From Candidatus Parcubacteria bacterium (GTDB lineage Bacteria > Patescibacteriota > Minisyncoccia > JAHIHE01 > JAGLIN01), in contig JAGLXN010000017.1 in NCBI GenBank assembly GCA_023132875.1, positions 22,142 to 86,141 of the forward strand: a DNA stretch of 64,000 nucleotides, in the 5' to 3' direction. Below are positions 47,838 to 58,400 of the stretch, piece after piece (the first letter of the stretch is position 1; every line of letters begins with the position of its first letter). Below the pieces are notes generated by a model, which saw only the letters and a program-made list of their open reading frames with translations, ran no database searches and was not told the origin of the DNA. The position numbers and the translations under genes are program-made.

Positions 47838-49811
47838 CTATCTAACATTTTCCCCTTTTAAATATAAGCCCAATTCATAGTCCGTAACAATTATTATATC
47901 TTCCCATTTATAGCCGTTGGAGATAAATACATCGGCGCTTGTTATCCATCTTTTATTTCCGTTTTCTATTAAATATACTTTGGGATCGGAGCCTTTTAAA
48001 AGTTTTTTGTCAAAATTGAAATCAGAACTTGTAACATCTTTTCCGTTTGAATACGAATTCAATTCATAATCCGTAACAATTATTATGTCTTCCCATTTAT
48101 AGCCATTTGAAATAAACACGGCAGGGCTTGTTATCCATCTTTTATTTTCGTTTTCTATTAAATACACTTCAGGACTTGATCCTTTTATTAAACTCCCGTC
48201 TGGCTTTAAATCAAAACTTGCTTTTATATTTTCTCCGTTGGGATATAATTCAAGCTCTAAATCTGTAACAATTACTATATCTTCCCATTTATAGCCATTT
48301 GAAATAAACACGGCAGGGCTTGTTATCCATCTTTTATTTTCGTTTTCTATTAAATAGACCCTGCTATCTTTCAGCGATTTTAGAAGAGAATCATTTTTAT
48401 ATTTATTGCTTTTAGCAATTTCTGCAGAAATAGAAAAAGAATATTTATTAATATTATTTCCAAAACCGGAAGTTTTTTTATGGCTTATTGGAATTATTGT
48501 AACAGAAGAGATATTTCTGTCCGAGCAGGAAACATAAAAATCAGAATTTTGCTTATCGTCCAAATTCAATTCGCCGATTTTTTTTGTTCCGTCCTCATAA
48601 GATATAACATAAGAAACAGAAAATTGCCCTATATCTTGTCCGTCAAAATTAATTTTAATTTTATTTTCATTTGCGCAATTTTTTTCCGCTATATCAAGTT
48701 CATAATATCCATTACTCCAATCTTTAATAGAATCATTTATATTTATTGTAACGACGGAGTTTAATTCATAAACATCTTTTGGCTGGATGTGAAAATTTTC
48801 ATAATTAAGATTTTTATTTTGATAGCTATATTTGCTATCCAATGATGTTCCGTTTATATAATTAGTTATAACCCAGTCTTTAAATACAGATTGAAAGGTG
48901 TCATTTTTATAATATAAATCTGATAACGCCTTATTAATGCTTTGAATTCCAACTTTATTATTATCTACCATTCTTTTAAATATTTCTTTCCCGAAACGAT
49001 CGGCTAAGTACTGGGAAAATAAGTTAACGGAAGAATAATCGTATATTTTATTCTGCCACTCCGTAAGCGAATCAACCGGATCAATTTCAAAATTTTTAAC
49101 TCTTGCCCTTAAATTGCTGCCCATATAATCATCGTCATAGCCTATCGCCGTAGAAGCATATTCCGACCTTGCTTCATTCAGCCATATATCGTCTGTAATA
49201 TTTCTTAATTTAGTTTTATGATACCAAGTGATCATATGCTGAAATTCATGCGCGAGAAAACTTTTTATTCTATTATCGCCTATAAAAGATATATTCAAAT
49301 AAACCATCTCTCTTTCGTTGCTTCTTTCGCCGGCTACTTCATCTTTTCTGTATTCATCGCTTGGATTGAAATATCCCCCGATATTTTCTTTTGTCTTTGT
49401 AAAAAGAATTGTAATTTTGCTGTCATTGTCAATCCCTGGATTCCATTCATATCCAAATGCTTCTCTTGTTTTTGGGTACACCGTATTGTCAAAATCTAAA
49501 ACTAAAGAATTTAAATGCGAATTAAATTCTAATTTGGAATTTCTTGATAAATTATTATAATAATCGTCTTCAACATAAAAATATGCGTTTACTCCGATTT
49601 TTTTTAAAGTCGCCGTTATTTCCAAACGCTCGCTGGAATCATAAGAAAGATCAACTAAAAATACTTTATTTTCTTCAAGCTCATTCGCTTTTGCGCTTGG
49701 AATTGCAGTTAATGAAATAATAAATAATAAAACAATACAAAAAAACAGCTTTAATCCTAAAACCGCCAACTCACCCCTCCTGTTAATATTTCTATTTTTT
49801 ATAAATCTCAT
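47838..49811 (-). CDS. Secreted/membrane-anchored putative zinc metalloprotease (HExxH) with three C-terminal tandem repeats of about 62 aa
   Basis: N-terminal hydrophobic anchor; HEFQHMITWYH motif; 3 x VYLIENxNKRWITSxxVFISNGYKWEDIxIVTDxEL. Confidence 0.6.
   Translation of the reverse strand: MRFIKNRNINRRGELAVLGLKLFFCIVLLFIISLTAIPSAKANELEENKVFLVDLSYDSSERLEITATLKKIGVNAYFYVEDDYYNNLSRNSKLEFNSHLNSLVLDFDNTVYPKTREAFGYEWNPGIDNDSKITILFTKTKENIGGYFNPSDEYRKDEVAGERSNEREMVYLNISFIGDNRIKSFLAHEFQHMITWYHKTKLRNITDDIWLNEARSEYASTAIGYDDDYMGSNLRARVKNFEIDPVDSLTEWQNKIYDYSSVNLFSQYLADRFGKEIFKRMVDNNKVGIQSINKALSDLYYKNDTFQSVFKDWVITNYINGTSLDSKYSYQNKNLNYENFHIQPKDVYELNSVVTININDSIKDWSNGYYELDIAEKNCANENKIKINFDGQDIGQFSVSYVISYEDGTKKIGELNLDDKQNSDFYVSCSDRNISSVTIIPISHKKTSGFGNNINKYSFSISAEIAKSNKYKNDSLLKSLKDSRVYLIENENKRWITSPAVFISNGYKWEDIVIVTDLELELYPNGENIKASFDLKPDGSLIKGSSPEVYLIENENKRWITSPAVFISNGYKWEDIIIVTDYELNSYSNGKDVTSSDFNFDKKLLKGSDPKVYLIENGNKRWITSADVFISNGYKWEDIIIVTDYELGLYLKGENVR
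47871..48360. repeat. Three tandem direct repeats of about 188 bp (high nucleotide identity) encoding the C-terminal protein repeats
   Basis: CAATTCATAGTCCGTAACAATTATTATATCTTCCCATTTATAGCC ... recurs at about 47871, 48058 and 48249. Confidence 0.8.
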
Positions 49812-50037
49812 CTATTTTTTATTTTTTGAGACATTTAGAAGTATAGTGTCTTTCAATGCGACCGCATGGAAAAATGCTATATCTAATTTTTATTCATTTT
49901 CATTTCTAACAATCTTGATAAAGAAGGATATTTATAAATAACTTTTGTTTTTAAGTAAACTTTTTTCGTATCTTCAAATGTAAACTTTTGCGGTTTCATA
50001 ATTCATTATTCATTATTCTAAATTCAAGATTCAATCA

Positions 50038-50113
50038 TGGAGCGGGTAACGGGAATCGAACCCGTGTCTTCAGCTTGGAAGGCTGACATAATAAGCCACT
50101 ATACGATACCCGC
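50038..50113 (-). tRNA. tRNA-Gly (anticodon UCC), CCA encoded
   Basis: Manual fold: acceptor GCGGGTA/TACCCGC, anticodon stem TCAGC/GCTGA with loop CTTCCAA, T-arm ACGGG-TTCGATT-CCCGT, 3' CCA. Confidence 0.85.
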
Positions 50114-50184
50114 GGACACCTGTCTATTATAACAAATATATAGAAATTATCAATACGCCCAAAACAATTAAATGTAGATATCGA

Positions 50185-50305
50185 TTCTATGGACAATTTT
50201 CAATTTTCAATTTCTAATTTTTATTGAATTTCTAATTTCTTAATGATTAAATCCAAAACTCAAAGCACCAAATTCCAAATAAATTCAAACATCAAAATTC
50301 TAAAC
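50185..50305. repeat. Degenerate heptamer array (CAATTTT x2, CAATTTC, TAATTTT ...) between tRNA-Gly and the ATPase gene
   Basis: Seen directly. Confidence 0.5.
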
Positions 50306-50442
50306 TATTAAGACTTGCGCGTTTCACAATTCGGAGCGTCCTAACTATTTTAAACTTTGTTTTGAATTTGTTATTTTGGTCATTGTAATTTATTTGTTAT
50401 TTGTGATTTTGAATTTATGATTTATCCAGTTGTTTAAAAATT

Positions 50443-50512
50443 TAGTCATTGGAAATTGATTGTCAACCCAAGGCTGATCCGCCTCGGGCGGAAAAATTAA
50501 AAATTTTATAAT
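50443..50512. mobile_element. Repeat family A copy (TTTAGTCATTGGAAATTGATTG-TCAACCCAAGGCTGATCCGCCTCGGGCGG-AAAAATTAAAAATT) downstream of the ATPase gene
   Basis: About 70-nt match to 36546..36615. Confidence 0.65.
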
Positions 50513-50533
50513 GAGCTAACACTTACTTTTTGT

Positions 50534-53047
50534 TTATAAATTTTGTTTTCTAATGTTGCTCTGAACTGTTGGCTTTACCCTAACCTCCGATCTTTCCAAT
50601 ATCTCCCTCTCTATAATTTCTCTATTTTTGCCAAATTTCAGAGTTGAAAGCTGTTTTATGGCTTCTGCAACTTCCGCGCTTCCTTTTTGCGGCGGATAGG
50701 TTGCCATATTAAATCCTTGGCTTATTGTGCCTCTTATCATCATCTTAATATAAGCGTTAAAATTATCAATATTTATCAGATCCTGTTCGTTAAAAACAGG
50801 CTTGAATTGTTTTGCCATAAACTCAGCGTCTTCCGGTCCAATTCGAAAAGAAATCATTGTTCCAACATTTCCAAATACAGATTTTTGTATTTCTTCAGGA
50901 AGCTGTCCCAAGAACTGATGAGCAATATTCAGCGATAGCCTGTATTTTCTCGCTTCTGAAAGAATTGTTGAGATGCTGTCAGTCGTGAAATTCTGAAATT
51001 CGTCAATATAGAAATAAAAATCTTTTCTTTCTTCCTGAGGCATATCAGTTCTACTGAGCGATGCGACTAAAATTTTTCCAACTATCACAAGACCAAGCAA
51101 ATAGGCGTTCATTTCTCCGATCTTTCCTTTTGAAAGATTGACAAGCAGAATTTTTTTGTTATCCATAATTTCCCTGAAATTGATAGAGCTTTTCTGCTGT
51201 CCGATAATAGGACGCATCGTATCATTAGAAATAAATTGTGTCAGCTTGCTTGTTATATAAGGAACCATATTAGCCAGCGCGGCTTCTCCTCCAGCCTTTT
51301 GAGCTTCTTTTTCCCAGAAATTTTTCACGGTAAAGTTTTCACATTTTGACAATTTGTATTTTCTAAATTCTTCATCGGCAAGCACTTTTGAAATTTCAAT
51401 TAAAGTCGAGCCTGACGCTGGATCATCCATAATTAAAAGCATCGCATTTCTCATATATTGCTCAAACATAGGACCGCCTGTTGCTTTTAAGTCATAAAGC
51501 TTGTCAAATATCTTTATCATTTCATTTATAACGAAAGTTTTTTGTTCCGGATAATTTTCATCATATTCAAGAAGATTTAATCCCATTGGTTTTTGAACAT
51601 TTGACGGATCAAACAGGACCACGTCTTCGGCACGCTCTTTCGGCACGCAGCCTAAAGCGTCTTCCACAAGATCGCCATGCGGATCAATAACGCAGAGCCC
51701 TTCTCCATTTTGTATATCCTGCCTTATTAACTCTCCTAAAAATCCAGATTTACCCGTTCCAGTTTGTCCAATTATATACATATGCCTTCTGCGGTCTTCT
51801 TTCTCTATTTTAATTATTCTATCTTCTCCTCTATGCGTATTATGCCCCAAAATTAAGCCTTCATTTGGAATATCAGAAGGCGCGGAAGCTTGTTTTGCTT
51901 TCAGCCATTTTACTTGCGGAGTAGCGGTCGTAGAAATTGGAAAATGAAACAAACTTGCCAGTTCCTCCGTATTTAAAATTATTTTTCTTTTCTTTTCAAA
52001 ATTTCTAAATATAAAATTATATATGGTTCTGTTTAAAAACCCCGCTTTATTTAAAAATGTTTCTTTAACATTTAGCGAATTAGAATCCGGCAAATTAAAC
52101 TGAGAAAAAGAATTTTCAAGCTCTTTTAACAGAGTTTCGGCTTTTTCTTTTGTTCCAGCTGAAGTAACAAGGCGCACATTGATTTCAAAGCCAATTTTGG
52201 TTGATTTTGCCTCTACCGCTTTCATAACTTCTTCCTGCGATGGCGTTAAATTTACTTTTACCTCCTCTTTTTGCTGATCTTCCGCTGATTTTCCTCCCGC
52301 GCTTATTATTCCTATAAATTCTTTTAATACTTTAACTGGCAAAGAAGGTTTTCCCTGTTCGCCGAATCCTTTGCCTTTTTGCATTAGTTTCATTCTTTCT
52401 TTACTCTCGCTCTGCCAAGAATTGCCGGATGGTTTTATCACAAATTGGAGAGCCGCTCCTTCTCCGATTGGAATCTTGCTAAGCGCGTTTGTCATGCTTG
52501 AAAGCGGATCGGCTTCAAGATGCTGATATGTTTTTATCGGAAAAATGTCATTTCTTTTTAGCATCATATATGAAGCCGCTGATCCTCCATCTGGCACAAA
52601 AATATTATAGTCTTCTATCTGCGTTATTTCCGCGTCGGCATAAAAACTGTGAATTTGTTTTTCTATGATAGATTGAAATTTTTTTGGAACCGAAACATAG
52701 AAAAATATCTCATTGCTGTCAATCGGAGTGGCAATTTCAAAAGACAAATAAAATGGACCATAAATGATTTTCTTAAGCATTTCTTCCCTGATATTGCTCA
52801 AGCTCGCGAAAAGCTGCTCCATTACGGAAATATTCTCTTTTTCTTTTTCGCTTTTATTTTGCGGCTGATCTTCTATTATTCTTGGAACAGAGACTTGCAA
52901 CACGATCATATTAAGAGATCTTGTGATTTTTCCAGTGCTAGAAAGCCTCATTTTTACATAAATAAACACAACTATAAAAATGACCAGTGCGATTGCAAGA
53001 TCTAAAAGACCAATTTCGATTATATAATTGCTTATAAATAGTTCCAT
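50534..53047 (-). CDS. Membrane-anchored VirB4/VirD4(TraG)-family type IV secretion/conjugation-like AAA ATPase
   Basis: N-terminal TM; Walker A IIGQTGTGKSGF; DPHGD; Walker B FYFYIDEFQNF; C-terminal ARKYRLSLNIAHQFLGQL resembles the T4CP/VirB4 C-terminal Q-x-x-x-Q motif. Confidence 0.65.
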   Translation of the reverse strand: MELFISNYIIEIGLLDLAIALVIFIVVFIYVKMRLSSTGKITRSLNMIVLQVSVPRIIEDQPQNKSEKEKENISVMEQLFASLSNIREEMLKKIIYGPFYLSFEIATPIDSNEIFFYVSVPKKFQSIIEKQIHSFYADAEITQIEDYNIFVPDGGSAASYMMLKRNDIFPIKTYQHLEADPLSSMTNALSKIPIGEGAALQFVIKPSGNSWQSESKERMKLMQKGKGFGEQGKPSLPVKVLKEFIGIISAGGKSAEDQQKEEVKVNLTPSQEEVMKAVEAKSTKIGFEINVRLVTSAGTKEKAETLLKELENSFSQFNLPDSNSLNVKETFLNKAGFLNRTIYNFIFRNFEKKRKIILNTEELASLFHFPISTTATPQVKWLKAKQASAPSDIPNEGLILGHNTHRGEDRIIKIEKEDRRRHMYIIGQTGTGKSGFLGELIRQDIQNGEGLCVIDPHGDLVEDALGCVPKERAEDVVLFDPSNVQKPMGLNLLEYDENYPEQKTFVINEMIKIFDKLYDLKATGGPMFEQYMRNAMLLIMDDPASGSTLIEISKVLADEEFRKYKLSKCENFTVKNFWEKEAQKAGGEAALANMVPYITSKLTQFISNDTMRPIIGQQKSSINFREIMDNKKILLVNLSKGKIGEMNAYLLGLVIVGKILVASLSRTDMPQEERKDFYFYIDEFQNFTTDSISTILSEARKYRLSLNIAHQFLGQLPEEIQKSVFGNVGTMISFRIGPEDAEFMAKQFKPVFNEQDLINIDNFNAYIKMMIRGTISQGFNMATYPPQKGSAEVAEAIKQLSTLKFGKNREIIEREILERSEVRVKPTVQSNIRKQNL

Positions 53048-53293
53048 AATAAATTAATTTTATAATTTTTAAATTTTTAAATTTTTAAAATAAATCTTAA
53101 TTTTTAATTTTTAAACACGAAATTAAAATGTTTATTAAATTAAGTAACAGATTAGATATAGCAATTTAAAGATCTTGAACTAAATTCAGAGCCTGTCCTG
53201 AATTCAGTTCAGGAATGACGGATGCTTCGCATCTCGTAATTAAAAATTTAGTCATTAAAAATTATTTAAAAATTATAAAATTTAAAAATTCTA

Positions 53294-53728
53294 TCATATA
53301 TCTTTCAGCTTCCCTTTTTTCACAAGCTCCTCATGAAGTTCCCCTATCAGCCTGTCATGCAGTTCATCCAAAAGATAAGCGTCATTTAAGCTTCTCGCGA
53401 CTTTTATGCTATGGCTTATACCTTTTTCAAACGCTAAAACCGCGAGTTTTTTCACTTGTCCCGCTGTATCTAAGTTTTTTAATTCTTCTATATCCTTTTT
53501 AAAATTCTTTTTATCTTCTTTATCAGCAACTATTGTTTGCGCCTGTGTAGAGCTTGGAACTGTCGGCAAAGATTGCTCTTGGATATTCTCTTTTGTTATT
53601 TCCGCCTCTTTTATTTCAATCCCAGAACCTTCCGCTTCAATTCCAAGAGCCGCCTTTTTCTTAGAAAGTTCTTTCTCTAATTTTTCAATTTCTTGAATAT
53701 TAGGATTTTCATTATTTATTTCAGACAT
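53294..53728 (-). CDS. Hypothetical acidic protein
   Basis: 144-aa ORF. Confidence 0.4.
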   Translation of the reverse strand: MSEINNENPNIQEIEKLEKELSKKKAALGIEAEGSGIEIKEAEITKENIQEQSLPTVPSSTQAQTIVADKEDKKNFKKDIEELKNLDTAGQVKKLAVLAFEKGISHSIKVARSLNDAYLLDELHDRLIGELHEELVKKGKLKDI

Positions 53729-53763
53729 AGTTTTAAAAGTTTAAAGTTTATAAAGTTCATAAT

Positions 53764-54918
53764 TTATTTGCTTTCCTGACCATATTTATAATCCGAAAAA
53801 AACCACGCCCAATCTGGGACTTTCCCAGTTCCGGTAATCCAAGCCATAAAACCGTCTCTTTTTTTTTCATCTATCAAAGTATATCCAGCCATAAGACATC
53901 CTATTATCGCGGCTGATTTGACGGCGCCGGCAAGTTTAAGCATAATTCCGGTTTCCGCTATCACTTCAGCGGCTGGTGCCGCCAAAGAAACAAATCCTAC
54001 CGCCAAGGCAATGAGAGTCGCGTATTTCAATAATTCCGGATGGTCTTTAAGAAATTTAAGAAATTTTTCAAGCAAATCGCCTTCTTCTTCGCCAAGCCTT
54101 TCTAGTCCCTTATCAAAAAACAAAGCTGCCTTTTCAAGATTTTCAATTTCCACAATGCAGTAAGCATGATTCTCAAGCAGTTTATCGGGATTATCAAGCT
54201 TAGCTTCTATATATTCAAGTTTTCTAAGATCTATTTCATTTTTAATGACTGTCGAAAGAGATCCGAGAATTCCCATTAATTCTTCTTTTTCGTCTTTTTC
54301 AAGTAGATTGCAGACTTCGTTCTGACTCAAAAGATTTTTAAATTTTTCTTCCATATCTTTATATTTTTCAGTGCTTTCCTTAACAGCCTTTTTAATTTCT
54401 TTTTTCTTTTTCGCAACCTCAATCCTTGATTCTTCAATCTCTCTTTTTCCTTTTTTGAATTCAAACCTTTCTTTAAATTCAAGATCTTTCTCTTCAATGG
54501 CATCTTCTTTTTTTTCATCATCTTTCGTCTCCCACTCAGCAATTCTCCTATTATTCTTTATATCTTTCTCTACCGCCATCCCAATTTCTTCCACTATTTT
54601 TTCTTCCTTAGACGTTAATTTCTCTTTGTTATCTCCCATCATCTTACTGAGTATTTCTTTATGATCTTCTTCCGATATTTCTGTTTCAAAATCAGACAGA
54701 TTTTCCTCGCTGTCTCTAACGTTTTTTCTTCCTTCTTTTATGATTTCATCAGCTTTAGGATTACCCTGTTCTTCTTCTAAAATTTCTTCAATATTTTTTT
54801 GACTTTCATTTACATTGCATGAATCAGATTTAATTTGAGTTTCTATATCTTCAGCTGTTTGATTTTCCGCGCCTTGCTCTGATGCTGTTTCTAACAGTTT
54901 TTTATCTGGATTTTTCAT
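53764..54918 (-). CDS. Hypothetical Glu/Lys-rich protein with C-terminal two-helix hydrophobic hairpin
   Basis: 384 aa; C-terminus ...LIALAVGFVSLAAPAA...AAIIGCLMAGYTLI. Confidence 0.45.
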   Translation of the reverse strand: MKNPDKKLLETASEQGAENQTAEDIETQIKSDSCNVNESQKNIEEILEEEQGNPKADEIIKEGRKNVRDSEENLSDFETEISEEDHKEILSKMMGDNKEKLTSKEEKIVEEIGMAVEKDIKNNRRIAEWETKDDEKKEDAIEEKDLEFKERFEFKKGKREIEESRIEVAKKKKEIKKAVKESTEKYKDMEEKFKNLLSQNEVCNLLEKDEKEELMGILGSLSTVIKNEIDLRKLEYIEAKLDNPDKLLENHAYCIVEIENLEKAALFFDKGLERLGEEEGDLLEKFLKFLKDHPELLKYATLIALAVGFVSLAAPAAEVIAETGIMLKLAGAVKSAAIIGCLMAGYTLIDEKKRDGFMAWITGTGKVPDWAWFFSDYKYGQESK

Positions 54919-54927
54919 AGTTTTATA

Positions 54928-55122
54928 TTAAAATTTTTTAATTTTATCTCTCGCTTCTTTTATCTTTTTTTTATTAATCAGATTTATCGCTCTTTCAATT
55001 AATTTTGACTGTTTTCTGATTAAAACAAGCATTTTAGAGTGAAATTCATTAAACAGCTTATTCAGCTTTTCATTTTTCCTCTTATCACTGTCTGATTTAT
55101 TGTCCATTTTGATATAATTCAA
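54928..55122 (-). CDS. Hypothetical small basic protein
   Basis: 64-aa ORF. Confidence 0.3.
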   Translation of the reverse strand: MNYIKMDNKSDSDKRKNEKLNKLFNEFHSKMLVLIRKQSKLIERAINLINKKKIKEARDKIKKF

Positions 55123-55128
55123 AGTTTT

Positions 55129-55440
55129 TTATGCTTCAATTTTTAATTTGATATCTAATAATTCGTCCTTGGTTATTTTTACTTCTTCGTCAAAGATTTT
55201 CTTTGCGTCAGGATTTTTCGCAATCAAAAATTCTTCCATTTTTTCAAGATCGTTTTTAGAAACCGCCTCAAACTCCGTGATTTCCTCCTCGCTGAAGTTT
55301 TCCATAATTTTCGCTCCGGCTCTCTCACTTATAAGCTCCAATACTTTTGTCAAAACTTCATTTTTATTTTCTTCCGGCATTGAATCCAAATTAAGAGATT
55401 CAATCAGATATTTTGTTGTTTTTTCATCAATTAGTTTCAT
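55129..55440 (-). CDS. Hypothetical small acidic protein
   Basis: 103-aa ORF. Confidence 0.35.
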   Translation of the reverse strand: MKLIDEKTTKYLIESLNLDSMPEENKNEVLTKVLELISERAGAKIMENFSEEEITEFEAVSKNDLEKMEEFLIAKNPDAKKIFDEEVKITKDELLDIKLKIEA

Positions 55441-55464
55441 ATATGCAATTTATATTATTAGAAA

Positions 55465-58400
55465 TTATTTTTTCGTTTTCACATCTTCAATAATATTTTT
55501 TAGATCAATTATTGATAAATCTTTGTCTTTATTTAAAATATTTTCTATTATCTGTCTATGTTTTTCGTTATTAATTTTATCTTTAATTTCAACAACTTTT
55601 AGTAATTTTTGATTATCTGACGAAACTTTGTTTAATTTCAATTCTAATATTTTTATAATTTTGTCAAGATCTTTTGTTTTTACACCATTTGATAAAAGTA
55701 TTCTTGATATTTCTAATTTTTTTGCAGTTTCAATTTCAACTTGATTATCTTCTGTCTCATCATTTTGATCTGAATCAAGATTATCTCTATAAGTTTTTAA
55801 TTCATCATAAATTTCTTTTACCTCTTTAACTGCCAGATCTTTAATTCCTTCTTTTTCTAATAATTCTTTTAATTTTTTATTATTAATACTGTCTTCCATG
55901 CCATTCTTAATAAGTTTACCAATTTTTTCGCCCTCATTAACAAAACTTGCAAAACCAACCAACGCGCCTAATTCTTGAACTGCTTTTTCGTCATTTTTTA
56001 GTTGTTCTATTATTTCTATCTTAAATTTATTAGAATCGCTATCTTGCTGTTCGTTAGTTTGATTTTCATTAGTTCTTATAGATTCTCCTTTATCTCTAAT
56101 CTTCTCTTTAAAGATATCTTCAACTTTACTGAGCATTTTATTTAGATATTCTTTTGGATTATTCAGATCATCAGGAAGTTTTTCAATTTTTATTCTTGAT
56201 TTTTCAAAAAATAATTCAATATTTCTACGCTTATTTTCAATATCATCTTCAGCATTTATTCTTCTAAGAACATTTTTAATATTTATTGTGTAAGCATCTT
56301 TTATTATTTCTTCGGTTTTATTGTTAAAATCAGGAGAAAGACAATGAATATCTTCTAGCACTGTTTCAAATTCATTCGCCAATCCTTGTTCTGAAATTGA
56401 ATTTAAATCTTTTCTCTTTCCTCTGCTGAACATTTCATTTACTCCAGATATTGTTTTTACTTTTTCTGCTTTTTCCTTCTTTTTAAATGGATCTTTTAAT
56501 CTTTCTCTAACAGCATTTTTAACGGCATTCCCCAATTTTCCGACAGACGGAAATGTTCTTCTTTGCTTTTTGCTTTTTTGCATCTTCATCTCTAGTCCCA
56601 TTTTCAACATTTTAGTCGCGTTTAAAAGCGCAAAGCTATCTTCGCATCGTTCTCGCGCTCCTAAAATACCTTCTTTTACGGATTTTCCGATTTCTTCTTC
56701 TAAACTGCGAACATGATCTGTAAATATAGCAGAGCTCTCATCTAACACTATTCCTATTTCCAATTCTTCAATTCTTTCTATTATTTTTCTTTCTTCGTCC
56801 GTTAAATCTTCCCACGGAATAGAAAGTATGTCTTTATTTTCTTTTCTTAATTTTTCTATTTCAATCGTCTTTCTTAAAGATTCCTTCCTGGCTTCGTTTA
56901 ATTCAAATTTTTTAGGTTCTTTGATTTTATCTTTCGCCGGTTTTTCTCCTGTTTTATCTTCTTCCGGTTTGTCTTCTTGCGATCCCTCCTTAATTTTCTT
57001 CGCGCTTATCAATAAGCCTAAATATTCTTCAAATTCTTGATATTTATCTATTTTAGAAATATCTGCACTTCTACCGTCAGCTTCTTTCTCAATATCTTCT
57101 AAATATTTTTTAATCTTTTCTATTTCCTTGTCCAATTTTTCAGGGCTCATTTGTCTAACGTCTTCTTCACTTTCAGTATTTGGAATTTTTTCAAGTATCT
57201 CTGGCTGTTCTGTTTGGACTGCTTGATTTTTTTCAACAGCAACATTAATGCCATTTTCTTTAAAATCTATATCGATATCATAATAAATTTCATTTTCATA
57301 ATATAAACAAACCAAAACAGAATCTTCGGACTTTTTATGCACATTAAATGCTTTTAAAGAATCTGGCAAATTATAATCTGAACCTATCTCCTCATAAAGA
57401 ATAGTAAGCGCAGTTTTCCAATTACTTTCTATTTTTTCTCCTTTTTCCTCGTTTAAAAAAGATCTCATTTTTTCAAGCCGTTCTCTTTCTAATTCATAAT
57501 ATTTTTCATTATTGTTTTCTGAACCTTCTAAAATTCCTTCTGCTTCTATAGACTGTACTCCGCTTCCTTTTTCTATTTTATCCAAAAGTTCGTCAAATAA
57601 TCCCATAATAATATCATTTATTCTTTTTCTGTTTTCTTTGTTATCTTCAAGCTTAAAGTCTTCAAGTATACTCTTAATATCTTCGTCAATGCTATTTTTA
57701 ACAGATTCTCTAGCTTTTTCTTTTCCCTCGTTTTCATAAACTTCTCTTAATGAACTTCCATCTTCAAATTCTTCCTCTACAGCACCTTTTATAGAGTCCT
57801 CTAAATTTTTCCAATTTTTCTCAATATCTTCTTCTTCGGTTTTTGCAATTATAGTTTTAGGTTTTTCTTGTTCTATTTCTTTAGTTTTTTCAATACTCTC
57901 AAATTTACCCTCCAATTCACTTAAAATCCCATATCCAATCACCTTGTATGATGTTAAAATTTCGTTCTTATTTTCTCTGCTTTTTATTTTGAAATTAAAA
58001 CTGTCAAGCAATTCTTTGTCTTTAGGATCCATATTTTCAATAGTAAGATCTCGAATCTTATTTTTGATTTTTTTAGTATATGATTTTTTGTCACTACTTT
58101 TTTCATATTCTTCTTTCAATATTTCATAAACATTATCTTTAAGCTCATCCCATTTTTCTTCTTCTATTTCATTTTCTGTTTCATTAATTACCGGTCTGTT
58201 TTCTGGTCCTGTTTTTTCTTCTTCTGGTTCCTGAACCGATTTTACATCTTCTGGTTCTGTTGTTTCTTCTTCTAAAGAATCTTTTTCATCAAAAATGCCG
58301 CTACTTTCTTCTAGCGCTCTAATCTCTTTTTCAATCTCTTCTATTCGTTTTCCTGTTATCTCTTTTAAACTGGGACTACCAAGTTCCTCTTTTTCTCTAC

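Noticed and set aside
50534-53047. ATPase as FtsK/SpoIIIE or a PilB/ComGA-type ATPase
   Set aside because: There is no C-terminal gamma/winged-helix domain and no GspE-type motifs. The C-terminal RKY..L..AHQ..GQL box and DPHGD fit the VirB4/T4CP group better.
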